The notes beneath the pieces were generated by a model, which was not told the DNA's origin, did no database searches, and saw nothing but the letters and a program-made list of their open reading frames with translations. Positions 23,286 through 33,880 of a stretch of 64,000 bases of DNA are shown here, in pieces (the first letter of the stretch is position 1; the number at the start of each line of letters is the position of its first letter). The position numbers were made by a program, and so were the translations under genes. The stretch comes from Candidatus Didemnitutus mandela (GTDB lineage: Bacteria > Verrucomicrobiota > Verrucomicrobiia > Opitutales > Opitutaceae): positions 80,057 through 144,056 of the forward strand of contig NJAL01000006.1 in assembly GCA_002591725.1 (NCBI GenBank), given 5' to 3'.

Positions 23286-24032
23286 TCACATCACCATTCC
23301 GCCGTCAACGGTAAAAACTTGGCCAGTAATGTAGCCCGCTTCTTCAGCGCAAAGAAAAGTCACCATTTCCGCAATATCGGAAGCCTCGCCCAAGCGCTTT
23401 AACGGAATCAAGCTAAGCAATTTATTGCCGGCATCGCCCTGAAGGGTCGCCGTCATATCGGTCTTAATAAAACCGGGAGCCACAGCGTTCGAGGTAACGT
23501 TGCGGGAGGCAAATTCCTTGGCGATTGCCTTGGTAAAGCCGATCATGCCCGCCTTCGCCGCCGCATAGTTGGCCTGACCAGAACTACCCATCAGACCGAC
23601 AACGGATGAAATATTAACGATGCGGCCCCAGCGTTTTTGGGTCATCGCCCGACCGAGGTTTTTCGTCCAAAAATAGCAACTAAAAACGTTGGTCGTAAGA
23701 ACAGCGCTCCAATCTTCTTCCGACATGCGGAAAAGCAAGCCGTCCTTTGTGATGCCGGCATTGTTGACGAGGATATCGATAGTACCTAACTCCGCAAGCA
23801 AGTCCGTGCTCGCTTTCGCTACCGCAACACCATCCGCTACATCGACCGCCAAGGCTTTGGTTTTTCCGCCCGCAGCTGTAATCGCCGCTGCAGTCGCTCT
23901 GCAACTTTCGGTCGATTTACTGACGCAAATCACGTTGACCCCGTAACGCGCCAAAAGTTCGGCGATGGCTTTTCCGATACCACGACCGGCACCAGTAACG
24001 ACTGCTGTGCGATTCTTGAATGTGAGACTCAT
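23286..24032 (-). CDS. fabG: 3-oxoacyl-ACP reductase
   Basis: TGAGRGIG, NNAGIT, YAAAK, VAPGFIKT; ATG at 24032. Confidence 0.95.
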   Translation of the reverse strand: MSLTFKNRTAVVTGAGRGIGKAIAELLARYGVNVICVSKSTESCRATAAAITAAGGKTKALAVDVADGVAVAKASTDLLAELGTIDILVNNAGITKDGLLFRMSEEDWSAVLTTNVFSCYFWTKNLGRAMTQKRWGRIVNISSVVGLMGSSGQANYAAAKAGMIGFTKAIAKEFASRNVTSNAVAPGFIKTDMTATLQGDAGNKLLSLIPLKRLGEASDIAEMVTFLCAEEAGYITGQVFTVDGGMVM

Positions 24033-24133
24033 GACTGGTGGAGGAAACCACATACCGTGCTGCGAATCAACCTGAAATCGCCGGCAGGAACCGCTCCCTC
24101 CAACCAGGGCTGGGGAGCGAACGCTAGAACGAC

Positions 24134-25303
24134 TCAATAGACGTCACGTTGGTAACGTCTTCCCTTCTTCATCTGCTTCACGTAACCCGCAGCAGCAGCA
24201 GCGTCCATCCCGCCCTGTTCAGCGATGATTTGGTGCAGCGTCATATCTACGTCCTTCGCCATGCGTTTGGCATCGCCACAGACAAAGAAGTAACCACCAG
24301 CCTTGATCCACGCCCAGAGCTCAGCAGCATTTTCACGCATACGATCTTGGACATACACCTTAGTCGGCTGGTCGCGCGAAAAAGCGAGATCGAGGCGCAC
24401 CACCGCGCCCTTTTTCTGCCATTCCGCCCATTCATCCTCATAAAGAAAATCCGTAGAGCGGTGCTGATCGCCAAAAAATATCCAGTTACGTCCCGTCGTT
24501 CCGCTCGCCACGCGATCCTGAACAAAAGCACGAAATGGCGCAATACCTGTGCCGGGCCCAATCATGATGGCGTCTTTCGCACCATCCTCCGGCGGGCCGA
24601 AGTTCGAATGAGAGACAAACACCGGAACTACCGTCGTGCCCACCTCCACACGATCGGCCATGAATGTCGAACAAACACCCACCTGTTCCCGATGATTCGC
24701 CGTATAACGCACGACCGCCACAGTCAGATGGATCTCGTTCGGATAAACCTTCGAGGACGATGCGATCGAGTAGAGTCGCGGCATCAGCTTCCGCATGTGA
24801 TCAACGAGTTCCTGCGGCGTAAGCTTGGCGCTCGGAAATTCGGTCAACAGATCAGCGTATTCTCGCTCGTCGAGAAATCCAGCGAGCAAGCCTTTAGATT
24901 CCGACGCCAGCAATCCCGTGAGCTTCGCCTTTTCATCAGTGCATGTCGCCTTCGCAGCAAGCGTGTCAACGATTTTGGCCGTTGGGCCAGCCAGCGCAAG
25001 CTGGTGCGTCAGCGCTTCCCGAAACGGAATCGGTGAACCCAGCTTCAGCACCATCGGCGAAACCAGCTCCCCACCCGTCGCGTCCAGCGCTTGGATGATT
25101 GCCTCCACTTCGTTCGAACGGTTAGTGGGAAACACCCCTAGTGAATCGCCTGCCTTGTAATGTAAACCGCTGTCGGCAAGACCGAGGATTAAATGTCGCG
25201 TTTCCTTGGCCGAACCCGGTTTGCTCAAGATTCTGTTTTCGGCCACGCAGGCGGGAAAAGGGTTCTCCTTTGAGAAGGCTGCCATCGCGGGTTCCGAACT
25301 CAT
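24134..25303 (-). CDS. CysJ-like NADPH:FAD oxidoreductase (sulfite reductase alpha-type) without the flavodoxin domain
   Basis: RLYSIASS, GVCSTF, MIGPGTGIAPFR, LAFSRDQ, YVQDRM, VCGDAKRMAKDV, RYQRDVY; ~390 aa. Confidence 0.88.
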   Translation of the reverse strand: MSSEPAMAAFSKENPFPACVAENRILSKPGSAKETRHLILGLADSGLHYKAGDSLGVFPTNRSNEVEAIIQALDATGGELVSPMVLKLGSPIPFREALTHQLALAGPTAKIVDTLAAKATCTDEKAKLTGLLASESKGLLAGFLDEREYADLLTEFPSAKLTPQELVDHMRKLMPRLYSIASSSKVYPNEIHLTVAVVRYTANHREQVGVCSTFMADRVEVGTTVVPVFVSHSNFGPPEDGAKDAIMIGPGTGIAPFRAFVQDRVASGTTGRNWIFFGDQHRSTDFLYEDEWAEWQKKGAVVRLDLAFSRDQPTKVYVQDRMRENAAELWAWIKAGGYFFVCGDAKRMAKDVDMTLHQIIAEQGGMDAAAAAGYVKQMKKGRRYQRDVY

Positions 25304-25411
25304 ATGCGGCACATTTTTTCGGGAAAAACAGCGCTTTAGCAAGCACTTTTACTGCCATAAGCCGCCGGCTTTCCTATTGCGGCGGCGCGCTGTGTCTCCC
25401 ATCGTTCTTGC

Positions 25412-26206
25412 ATGGAGCTTGTGCGCCTTCAAAAATTTCTGGCCAATGCCGGCCTTTGTTCGCGCCGTGCCGCTGAGGAGCTCATCGCGGCCGGCGAAGT
25501 TTACGTAAACGGCCACAAGGCCTCCCTCGGGGAAAAAATCCTCTCCACCGAAGAGAAGATAACCGTTCGGGGCAAAGCTATCCGCACGCCCGTCCAGCCT
25601 AAGGTCACCCTCGCGATGAACAAGCCGCGCGGTTTCGTCTGCTCAAACAGCGATCCGTATGCCGACGGAACCATCTTCGACCTGCTGCCGCGCGAGTGGG
25701 CCCGGTTCCGTCTCTTCTGCGCCGGTCGGCTCGATAAAGACAGCGAGGGTCTGCTCATCCTCACGACAGACGGCGGCCTCGCGAATCGTCTCATACACCC
25801 GTCGAGCAGCGTCGTGAAACGCTACTACGTGCAACTCGATGAGCCGTTTCCTGCAAACAAGATCGGCCAGCTTCTCAAAGGCATTGTGGTTGAAGGTGAA
25901 GGGCTCAAAGTTGAGCATGTCGCCCTCGTTAATGCCCAGCGTGACAAAACCTCACACGCGCTCAACGTGCATTTGCACCACGGGAAAAAGCGAGAGATTC
26001 GCCAACTTTTCCTCGCCCTCGGGTTTCCGGTAAAACGCCTGCGCCGCTACCAAATCGGCTCCTTCCCGCTCCGCGGAATTCCTTTGCGCGGCGTAAAACA
26101 ACTTTCTAGCAAGGAAATTTCCTCTCTCTTCGCCATTTCACACCGCGAAACAACACTGAAGTCCATTTGCGACTTTTCTTACCGCAAAGAAAGACTAAGC
26201 TCCTAG
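25412..26206 (+). CDS. RsuA/RluB-family rRNA pseudouridine synthase
   Basis: S4 domain RLQKFLANAGLCSRR, catalytic GRLDKDSEGLLILT, GKKREIR. Confidence 0.92.
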   Translation: MELVRLQKFLANAGLCSRRAAEELIAAGEVYVNGHKASLGEKILSTEEKITVRGKAIRTPVQPKVTLAMNKPRGFVCSNSDPYADGTIFDLLPREWARFRLFCAGRLDKDSEGLLILTTDGGLANRLIHPSSSVVKRYYVQLDEPFPANKIGQLLKGIVVEGEGLKVEHVALVNAQRDKTSHALNVHLHHGKKREIRQLFLALGFPVKRLRRYQIGSFPLRGIPLRGVKQLSSKEISSLFAISHRETTLKSICDFSYRKERLSS

Positions 26207-26287
26207 TCTGTCCCTTCCTTACTTCACACCACCTGGCCGGACGCCCTCCGTTTCCCTTCAGGCGAATACCAAATCACCCACGCTCGT

Positions 26288-26955
26288 ATGGCACCACGGT
26301 TTCCTACGCCAAGCGATTCCAACTGTCTGATATCGCGCGGAAGCTCCACGGATCTTTCGTCGCCTCCCAACGCCACACCAAAGCATCACGAAAACCATTG
26401 ATGTGGGCCAAAGCGCCAACAGCTACCTTGGTCCGGGAAGGATTCCTCCGGCCCTAACGTTTCCCCAAACGGACGACAAAACCAGAGCAACTGTTCTTTT
26501 GCGGCGATTTCGCCAAAAAAAATAGGCTCAAAAAAAGCTCCATGACTTCGTAGCGACCAACCAACACCTCGCCCATGTTTGTTATCGTCTCGACACCAAC
26601 GCGTCCCAACAAATCCGTCACACCAACGCCAGCTGAGACCAAACCGGCCGACGCCAACTCCGTTCGTCATCCGATTCCATCAAGCTTAAATAGCATGGAT
26701 TTTCCTCGCTCCTTTACCGGTCGCCTAGTTTTCGCCAAGCGCCTTTTCAATCCCGATCCACTTTACAACTACAAACTCACGAACTTTGGACAGCCGAAGT
26801 TTTTCCTATATCGATACAAAACGCCTCGTCCTCACTGACAATAAAAAAATCGAAAGCTATCTCGATTTGCAGGTCGTAATCACCATCACCGGGACAATTC
26901 GCAACACGGTCGACGAAAAGGATCTCGTGGTCGCCGCCAAAGTCATCCAAAGAAA
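26288..26955 (+). pseudogene. Frameshifted remnant of a hypothetical protein
   Basis: Codon-like fragments joined by frameshifts (FTGRLVFAKRLFNPDPLYNYKL / [29 protein letters not shown]). Confidence 0.4.
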
Positions 26956-26975
26956 ACCAACTTTCGTGCTCGACT

Positions 26976-27008
26976 GCCGGCCCGATTTGCGGCCGGCTTT
27001 TTTATTTT
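26976..27008 (+). terminator. Intrinsic terminator-like hairpin
   Basis: gccggcc-8nt-ggccggc followed by a T tract that ends immediately before the folD ATG. Confidence 0.5.
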
Positions 27009-27009
27009 C

Positions 27010-27885
27010 ATGGAAATCATCGACGGAAACCAGATCGCTGCATCGCTCTTCGCGGAGCTCAAAACCGAAGTCGCCTCCCTCCCCAACCGCAAACCCTGCA
27101 TCGCACTCGTCCGCGTTGGCGACGACCCCGCCTCTGTTTCCTACGTAAAAAAGAAAAAAGCCGCCGCCGCCGAGATCGGCATCGAAAGCCGCCTGATTCT
27201 CCCGCCGGCGACCATTTCCAAAACCGAACTTTTCGCCCTCGTCGACAGTTTGAACAACGACGCCACCGTCGACGGAATTCTCGTACAATCGTCGCTCCCG
27301 AAAGACATCGACAAGGTCGCTGTCTTTCGGCGGATCGCCGCGCACAAGGACGTCGACGGATTTCACACAATGAATCTCGGAAAGCTTGCACAGGAGGACG
27401 AAACTGGTTTCGTCGCCTGCACCCCCGCCGGCATCATGGAGCTACTCCGGCGCAGCGGCGTTTCCCTCTCAGGGAAACACGTCGTTGTGCTCGGCCGATC
27501 GCTTATCGTCGGCAAACCCGCCGCGCTTCTCGCCATGCAGCGCAAGCAGTGGGCGAACGCAACCGTCACGACTTGCCACTCGCAAACGGCCAACCTACCC
27601 GCGCTCACACGTCAGGCCGACGTCTTCATCGCCGCGATCGGAAAACCGGAATTTGTCACCGCTAACATGGTTAAGCCTGGCGCTATCGTGATCGATGTCG
27701 GCGTCAACCGTGTTCCTGACGCTTCGCGTAAAACCGGCTACCGCCTGACCGGCGACGTACATTTCCCGACAGTTTCTCCCCTATGCACCAAAATCACCCC
27801 TGTCCCCGGCGGTGTCGGCCCCATGACTGTCGCCATGCTGATGAAGAACACCTTAAAGGCACACAGACAAAATACCGCAAAATGA
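27010..27885 (+). CDS. folD: Bifunctional methylene-THF dehydrogenase/cyclohydrolase
   Basis: [44 protein letters not shown]. Confidence 0.96.
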   Translation: MEIIDGNQIAASLFAELKTEVASLPNRKPCIALVRVGDDPASVSYVKKKKAAAAEIGIESRLILPPATISKTELFALVDSLNNDATVDGILVQSSLPKDIDKVAVFRRIAAHKDVDGFHTMNLGKLAQEDETGFVACTPAGIMELLRRSGVSLSGKHVVVLGRSLIVGKPAALLAMQRKQWANATVTTCHSQTANLPALTRQADVFIAAIGKPEFVTANMVKPGAIVIDVGVNRVPDASRKTGYRLTGDVHFPTVSPLCTKITPVPGGVGPMTVAMLMKNTLKAHRQNTAK

Positions 27886-27985
27886 CCGTCCTTCACTTTT
27901 GGGCAGATTGCCAGAGCGAACTCCCCAGAATCCGTTTTTTGCGCGCAGAGAAAACGGGGGGCTGATCCCGTTTCCCTAGAAAAAT

Positions 27986-28005
27986 TGCGCACAGATCTGT
28001 GCGCA
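27986..28005. repeat. Perfect 20-bp palindrome
   Basis: tgcgcacagatctgtgcgca is its own reverse complement. Confidence 0.9.
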
Positions 28006-28229
28006 TTCCAGCCACACAAGCGCACACCAAGACTACAGTATTCTGGTCAAAAGACGCGGAGCCTTGCTGCGTATTTCCAATTACACTGCACGTGCTAATT
28101 TTAACTAGCCGGCTCTGACGAGGGTGAACCGTAAGCCAGGCAGTGAACCGGGATCCGGACTGTCCGGCCTGCCATATTGGTCACGGAAGTCCATCGAAAA
28201 CTTGAAAGAAAGAAGTCTATTTAAAACAT

Positions 28230-28690
28230 TCATCCCGGCCGGGACAAACGGCCTCATCATCCTTGATGCCTTCACAAAGCGCTAGCAGCTTTGCAAGAAA
28301 CTGCCCATCGAGGTGTTACACAAGGCGCAAAAGTTATTCGGATTTCTCGACGACGGCTTTCTCTTCTACTCTTCTACATCTCCCGTACATTAAAGTTTTC
28401 CCCTGAACCACATCACATTTGCAGCATCGCAACTTTCTATTACTTCTTTAGCCTCAAGTTCTAAAGTGAAAAACCTACGCCCGTCTGTCTAGGCACGGTC
28501 TGCTACGTCAAGAGTGCCGACAAAATCATGGCCGTAATCAAACGACGCGCCGGTATTGAAGATAAGCGAGACGCCCCCCGACAACAAGCTCTCCTTCGTC
28601 ACCGCCCGCTGCATCGATATCTGCACCGCGCCGTTGCTGCCAAGCAAGCGTCCGAAATCGTTCTGCAATCTGTCGAAAAACTGCTCGCTG
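28230..28690 (+). pseudogene. hoxE: Bidirectional hydrogenase subunit HoxE remnant
   Basis: IEVLHKAQKLFGFLDD, IATFYYFFSLK, VCLGTVCYVKSADKI, LSFVTARCIDIC. Confidence 0.85.
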
Positions 28691-28694
28691 CGCC

Positions 28695-29645
28695 GTGCAA
28701 GCCGAAAGACCTACACACCCTCGTCGAGAAGGTACACACTGCCCGCAAAGCACTTGTTTGCGGACTTGCATGTCCGCTAGCGGCCTGCACACGGCCGCGG
28801 CGGGGCGTCAGATATAAGAAAGATATTACGGCTGACTTGAAATGGGCAGCGGGTGGCGGATGGCGCGAGCTTCAGGCCCGAAAGATCCGTTTTTTGAAAT
28901 GGTGGCAAGGGCAATCCAGAAATGTTCATGGATCGCTCCATTCATTGAAAACGATCGCCAATTCGTGGTCGAGAGCATAGCAATCGCCGCCTAATGTCAC
29001 CGAGGCCAATCAAAATCAAGAGTTCCTCTATGCCCAGGCCAAATACCCGCTCGTTATCTTTCTTACTTAAATATCTCAGTCTCGCGATCAAACAGACGAG
29101 GCAACTTGGCCCCCTCATGCGGCTATTTTCGAAACTCCATTCTCCTTCAACATTAAGGGTTCCGGCGCCTTCGTATCCAATGAAGAGGTTGCACTCCTCG
29201 CTCCCATCGAGGGTGTCCTCGGGACAAAAACACACACATCAACAGCATCGAGACCTTAGCCGATGCCAGCTCTAATCATCCGCAACAATACCGTTTAATA
29301 TGATTCCATTGGCACGAAAAAATTAAGAGATAAAAAATTAAGAGATCTTAGGTTTCCGCCACCATGAGAAAGGTAAAAAACGATCTCATCGAAGTGCCGG
29401 TTTGCATCACCATCCGCGAGATCGCCGACGACCTCGGCACGCGAGTCGCGCTAAAACTTCATCGACAAGCTCAGCTCGATCATGGACTCAGGGCATAGCC
29501 GTAATAGACGACACCACCAGCGTGGCCGAGATTGTCCATTTTACATGGATTTTTTTGCAACGAGTCCAGCAAATGTGTGATAAATTGCCTTACGAAAGTC
29601 CTCTCTTGTTGCGGCACCTCCGGCCGGGGAAATTGTCCACGGCAA
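28695..29645 (+). pseudogene. hoxF: Bidirectional hydrogenase diaphorase HoxF remnant with large deletions
   Basis: GNPEMFMDRSI..END (DEGDPGAFMDRS), GSGAFVSNEEVALLAPIEG, GIAVIDDTTSVAEIVHF, FCNESSKC. Confidence 0.8.
29317..29346. repeat. Perfect 15-bp tandem duplication within the hoxF remnant
   Basis: aaaaaattaagagat x2. Confidence 0.95.
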
Positions 29646-29688
29646 CTCGTCCCTCAAACTCATCGTCACCGCCTAGGAGAGACAAATA

Positions 29689-30165
29689 ATGGGACACCTG
29701 AGGTTCGCCTCCGTTTAGCTCAGTATCTTATCTTAGCTGTTCCTGCTGCCACTAGATGTTTTTTCAGCTTCGACGAGATCCCAATCGAACTCGCCCCCGT
29801 GTCGAGGTAGTTTAATAATCCCATCGCCGATCTAAAATTTATCCTGAAGCCGTCGACCTCTTTTTCGTGGAAGGGGCTATTTTACAATGTCGATTACACC
29901 GGATTGAGAACTGGCCCATCAAAATCCGCGCTCGCACAAAGACTATCGTTTCCTTCAGCGATTGCGCCCATCGCTAGAAACGCCTTCTAGCGCGCGCTTA
30001 TGTCGAGGCCGCCGAAACGAATCCCTCAAATCCTCATTCGACAGTATCTTGCCGCCGCTTGCCGACCGTATCAAAACTTTCTTCCTCTATCTCCTCGACG
30101 CCGATCCCACTCTAGTCGCCGTACAACTAAAACTCGGTTAAAAACAGCAAACTTCGCCCTCGTCC
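29689..30165 (+). pseudogene. hoxY: [NiFe]-hydrogenase small subunit HoxY remnant
   Basis: MGHLRFASV*L..SCSCCH (TVWLAGCSGCH), IADLKFYPEAVDLFFVEGAI, KTIVSFSDCA. Confidence 0.8.
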
Positions 30166-30175
30166 TTTGTCCGCC

Positions 30176-31351
30176 ATGCCAAGCCGCATCGCCATCGTCT
30201 CCGCCATCTGAACTGAAGGCCACACCAAGATCAGCCTGCGCCTCGACGAGGTTAGCCATGTCACCAATGCGAGATTTCATACCACAAAATTTCGCAGCTT
30301 CGAAAGACTCTGTGAAAGCCGTCCTCTTTGCTAAAATGCCTAGTATCACCTCGCACACCTATGGCATTTGTTCCGCCTTCCATCTATCTTCTATCTTGCC
30401 TACACCAATGCGAACAACGTCGTTTTCACCGTGCGCGTGCCCATCACCGCCGAAAAACTGTTCCGGTTTATGAACCTCAGCCAGACCTTTAAAAGAAAAG
30501 CTGCGCGCTCAGCTTATTCTTCAACGAATCCGACTTCCTGTCCAGCTGGGACACCTTTTCCCCGCCCAACGCAATGTCTTCGGCCTCGCCTCGTAAAAAT
30601 AAAAACTCGTCCAAGCTAGTGCCCACTTTTGTCACTTTGGCCAGAAAATTATCGAATTTTTTCAGCCATAAAAATTCACCCTGGCTGAACCATGTCCGGC
30701 AGCATACCAAACGGTATGGATCGCACCACACTCGGCCGGCCACAGCAAAGCTTGGCTCCCCCTAAGCTTTCGTCACCGCGCGCACCAAGCTCGCGCTCTT
30801 CAAACGCTCCATTGATACCCAATGGCCGTGAGATCGACAGCTATAGTAGTTTTCCCTCGCCCCTCATAGGTCTCGTCGGCTAGCGAAGCAAATGGGGATA
30901 CCACGGCAGTAAGCTAAGCTCCGCTCTACCGACAGCACCGGCCAGATCGTCGCCGAGTAGGTAAAAAATTTTCCTACATCAAACCATTCTCCTACAACCG
31001 CTCGGTCTCCATGCCGGTCTCTTATCGTGTCAGCCAGCTCGTCCGTCTCAATACATATTCCTCCATCGGCACGCCCAGGCCAACGCCGGTGAAGACGGCC
31101 TCCTGACCAAGGTGAGCCTCATCATCGACACGGACCACAACAACCTCGCGATTAACCGTACCGTCGCCCAAACCGCACACGCCTACATCCGGTCCAGCTC
31201 CGTTAAGACTCCGAAGCCCATTCTCAGCCATGTCGAACATGGTATTCATTGCTACGATCCGTGCTTCAGCTGTTCCACTCACGCCGTCGGACGTATGTTC
31301 TTTAGCATCGTCCTTGTTCGTCGCAGACGGTCACTTCTTCAGTCAGAGTAA
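30176..31351 (+). pseudogene. hoxH: [NiFe]-hydrogenase large subunit HoxH remnant
   Basis: MPSRIAIVSAI*TEGHTKISLRLD..ARFH..FRSFERLCESRP, MPSITSHTYGICSAFHL (L1 decayed), L2 motif GIHCYDPCFSCSTHAVG. Confidence 0.88.
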
Positions 31352-31368
31352 CCAGCAAGTTGAGCGTC

Positions 31369-31800
31369 ATGTCTTTTCATCCATCGCTGGTTTGCCCGCC
31401 AAACTCCTGATGATCAGCTACCACAACACCCTTTTCGGCAACAATGAAGTCGACCAAACCATCGCCGAACGCGTCGCCGGCTTGAACCAGCCCGGAAGTC
31501 GTCTCCCCTTCGCAGCCAGAACTCACCACCGCCCACAAAGTTCTCTTCATCTGATACCATACTCGCCGTCGACGAGGCCACGCTGATCCGCGTAAGAGTG
31601 TCCACTGATCCACCACGTTTGAATCATAAGCTGACGTCCACCGCACAGCTGGCACTGACCGCAATCGTCTTCAGCCACACACCACGCACCTGGCTGTTCA
31701 TGGCTTTGGCTAGGAATTTCTCGCTGGAACACTCACCTCTTGCAACTAGCCGAGAAGCTTGCAAAAGCACCTGCGCCAAATTATCTGCCGATTTTGACAC
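31369..31800 (+). pseudogene. hoxW: Hydrogenase maturation protease HoxW remnant
   Basis: KLLMISYHNTLFGNNEVDQTIAERVA resembles LLIGYGNTLRGDDGVG..AE; lies directly after hoxH. Confidence 0.6.
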
Positions 31801-31848
31801 CGTGCTTGCTTCACCCAGAGTGAGACTATTGTCTTTTGCCTCTCCTCC

Positions 31849-33801
31849 ATGCTTTCCAAGATTCTCGTAGTCGAAGAGCAGCCAATGAACGTTCAGCTGC
31901 TAAAACGTAAGCTTGAACGCAAAGACATGGTCGTTTTCGCCGCCCACTCCGGCCACGAAGCTTTGGACCTAATCGCCAAAGACAAACCCGATCTCATCCT
32001 CCTCGATATGATGATGCCCGACATTGGTAGCATCGAGGCCTTCCAGCAACTTCAGTCCGCCGAGAAAACGCGAAACATCCCCGTCATCTTTATCACCGAG
32101 CGCATCTCGAAGGAGGAAAAAATCAAGAGTCTCGGCATCTGCGGAGTCGACTACATCACCAAGCCAATCGACCTCGACGAGACGCTAGCGCGCATCCAAA
32201 CCCAGCTCGGCTTCATCAAGTTGAACCGCAAGCTCGTCGAACTGCAGAGCCGCCTCGGCGAATCCCGCCGATCCGCCACTATCGGAACCGCCACGCAAGG
32301 CATTGCCCACAACCTAAACAATCTCCTTAGCGTCGTCGTCGGCTACGTCGACCTTATCAAAACTTACCATGAGAGACCGGAGCTCGTGAAAAAAAGTGTC
32401 CAACACCTTGGAGACGCGGTTATGCGCATCATCGCAATTATAAAGCAGCTCACCAACCTCGTAGTCAAAAACCGGCCACCGATCGCCCGCGTTCCCCTAG
32501 AGCGTTTACTCAAAAATGCCATCGCCCGCTACCAGGCTGATTTCCGTATCAACCAGCCCGTCGCTATCGAAAACCCCGTCGGCAACATCGCACTCGAAAC
32601 CAATTCGGAAACGGTCGAGGACGCCATCGCCAAGCTCCTCATCAACGCATGGGAGAGCTACGGCAGCGCACCGGACGAACAACGACCAATCACGCTCCGT
32701 ACCGAGGTTCTAGAGAAAAGCGAAGAAGGCAAATATTTGCTGATCCAGATTGAAGATTCCGGTCGTGGCATCGACCCAGAAATCAAGGATCACGCCTTCG
32801 AGCCCTTTACCAGTGCCAAGCACGCCGTCGGCATTGGACTCACCGTCGCCCGCCACACGATGCGCAACCTCGGTGGCGAAGTTTTGCTGGCCGAGCGCGC
32901 GGAAAGCGGCGCGCTCGCGACGATCCGCCACCCGCTCGATAGCAAGGAGTTTCGCCCAGCATGGCTCCGGAATACCCGACATCAAGGCCGCGTGTTCTCC
33001 CCCACTATCGCCTTCCTTGGCGCCGGCCGACTTGCTTCTAACATCGTGCGCGGCTTGCTTATGCAAGCCGTCTGCACCCCGCGACAAATCCGCTGCACCA
33101 GCAAGTCTGGCGGTTCCGCCTCAAAACTCGCTGCAGAAACCGGCATCGTTTTCGAGCCCGATCTCCCGGCGCTGCTCGCTCCTGCTGACCTCGTTATCGC
33201 AGCTTTCACCCCCCAATCGCTCGCCACCACCGACGCGCGCCTCGCCGAACTGACAGCTGGCAAACTTGTCGTCTCGCTTCTCGCTGGCAAACGCCTTACC
33301 CGCCTCGCCCAAGCCTTTCCCGCTGCACGCAATCTCATCCGTGCCATACCGAACACGCCCGCCGCCATCGGCGCTGGCATCACGCCCTATTGTTCCTTAC
33401 ACGATCTCGATGCCACTTGCAGCGCGACACTGGAGAAAATTTTCGGCGCGCTCGGCCAGTTTCTGCCGCTCCCCGAAGTCCACTTTGATGCGCTGACCGC
33501 TCTTGTCGGTAGCGGACCCGCGTTTCTTTTTGAATTCGTTGCGGCAATGCGCGATGGCGGAATCGCCGCCGGCCTCGCCCCGGCCGAAGCTGGGAAACTA
33601 GCCCTCGAAACCGTGCTCGGCTCCGCCCGACTTCTTGTCCAAGCTGCCGTGCCACCGGAGATGTTGCACGACCAAGTCGTGTCGCCTAATGGCGCCACCT
33701 ACGCTGGTCTAGAGGTGCTCGCCAGAAAAAATTTCCGCGAGACGATCAAGGAAACTATCTGCGTTGCTGCACGGCGCGCCGAGGAGCTTTTTAACGACTG
33801 A
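31849..33801 (+). CDS. proC: Receiver-histidine kinase hybrid fused in frame to pyrroline-5-carboxylate reductase
   Basis: REC (DLILLDMMMPD, DYITKP), H-box GIAHNLNNLL, N/G1/F boxes, then IAFLGAGRLA, RAIPNTPA, ALVGSGPAF, VVSPNGAT; an in-frame GTG at 32992 marks the ancestral proC start. Confidence 0.88.
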   Translation: MLSKILVVEEQPMNVQLLKRKLERKDMVVFAAHSGHEALDLIAKDKPDLILLDMMMPDIGSIEAFQQLQSAEKTRNIPVIFITERISKEEKIKSLGICGVDYITKPIDLDETLARIQTQLGFIKLNRKLVELQSRLGESRRSATIGTATQGIAHNLNNLLSVVVGYVDLIKTYHERPELVKKSVQHLGDAVMRIIAIIKQLTNLVVKNRPPIARVPLERLLKNAIARYQADFRINQPVAIENPVGNIALETNSETVEDAIAKLLINAWESYGSAPDEQRPITLRTEVLEKSEEGKYLLIQIEDSGRGIDPEIKDHAFEPFTSAKHAVGIGLTVARHTMRNLGGEVLLAERAESGALATIRHPLDSKEFRPAWLRNTRHQGRVFSPTIAFLGAGRLASNIVRGLLMQAVCTPRQIRCTSKSGGSASKLAAETGIVFEPDLPALLAPADLVIAAFTPQSLATTDARLAELTAGKLVVSLLAGKRLTRLAQAFPAARNLIRAIPNTPAAIGAGITPYCSLHDLDATCSATLEKIFGALGQFLPLPEVHFDALTALVGSGPAFLFEFVAAMRDGGIAAGLAPAEAGKLALETVLGSARLLVQAAVPPEMLHDQVVSPNGATYAGLEVLARKNFRETIKETICVAARRAEELFND

Positions 33802-33880
33802 TTTTTGTACTTCATTTTCTTCTCGATTCCAGAGTTGGTCTTTCAAATTCTGGGTTCCGAACTCCTGTTTTTCTTCTTCC

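Noticed and set aside
26940-27009. Possible THF/ZTP riboswitch ahead of folD
   Set aside because: Only a simple GC hairpin and T tract are present. No aptamer consensus is visible, and the upstream DNA is a decayed CDS.
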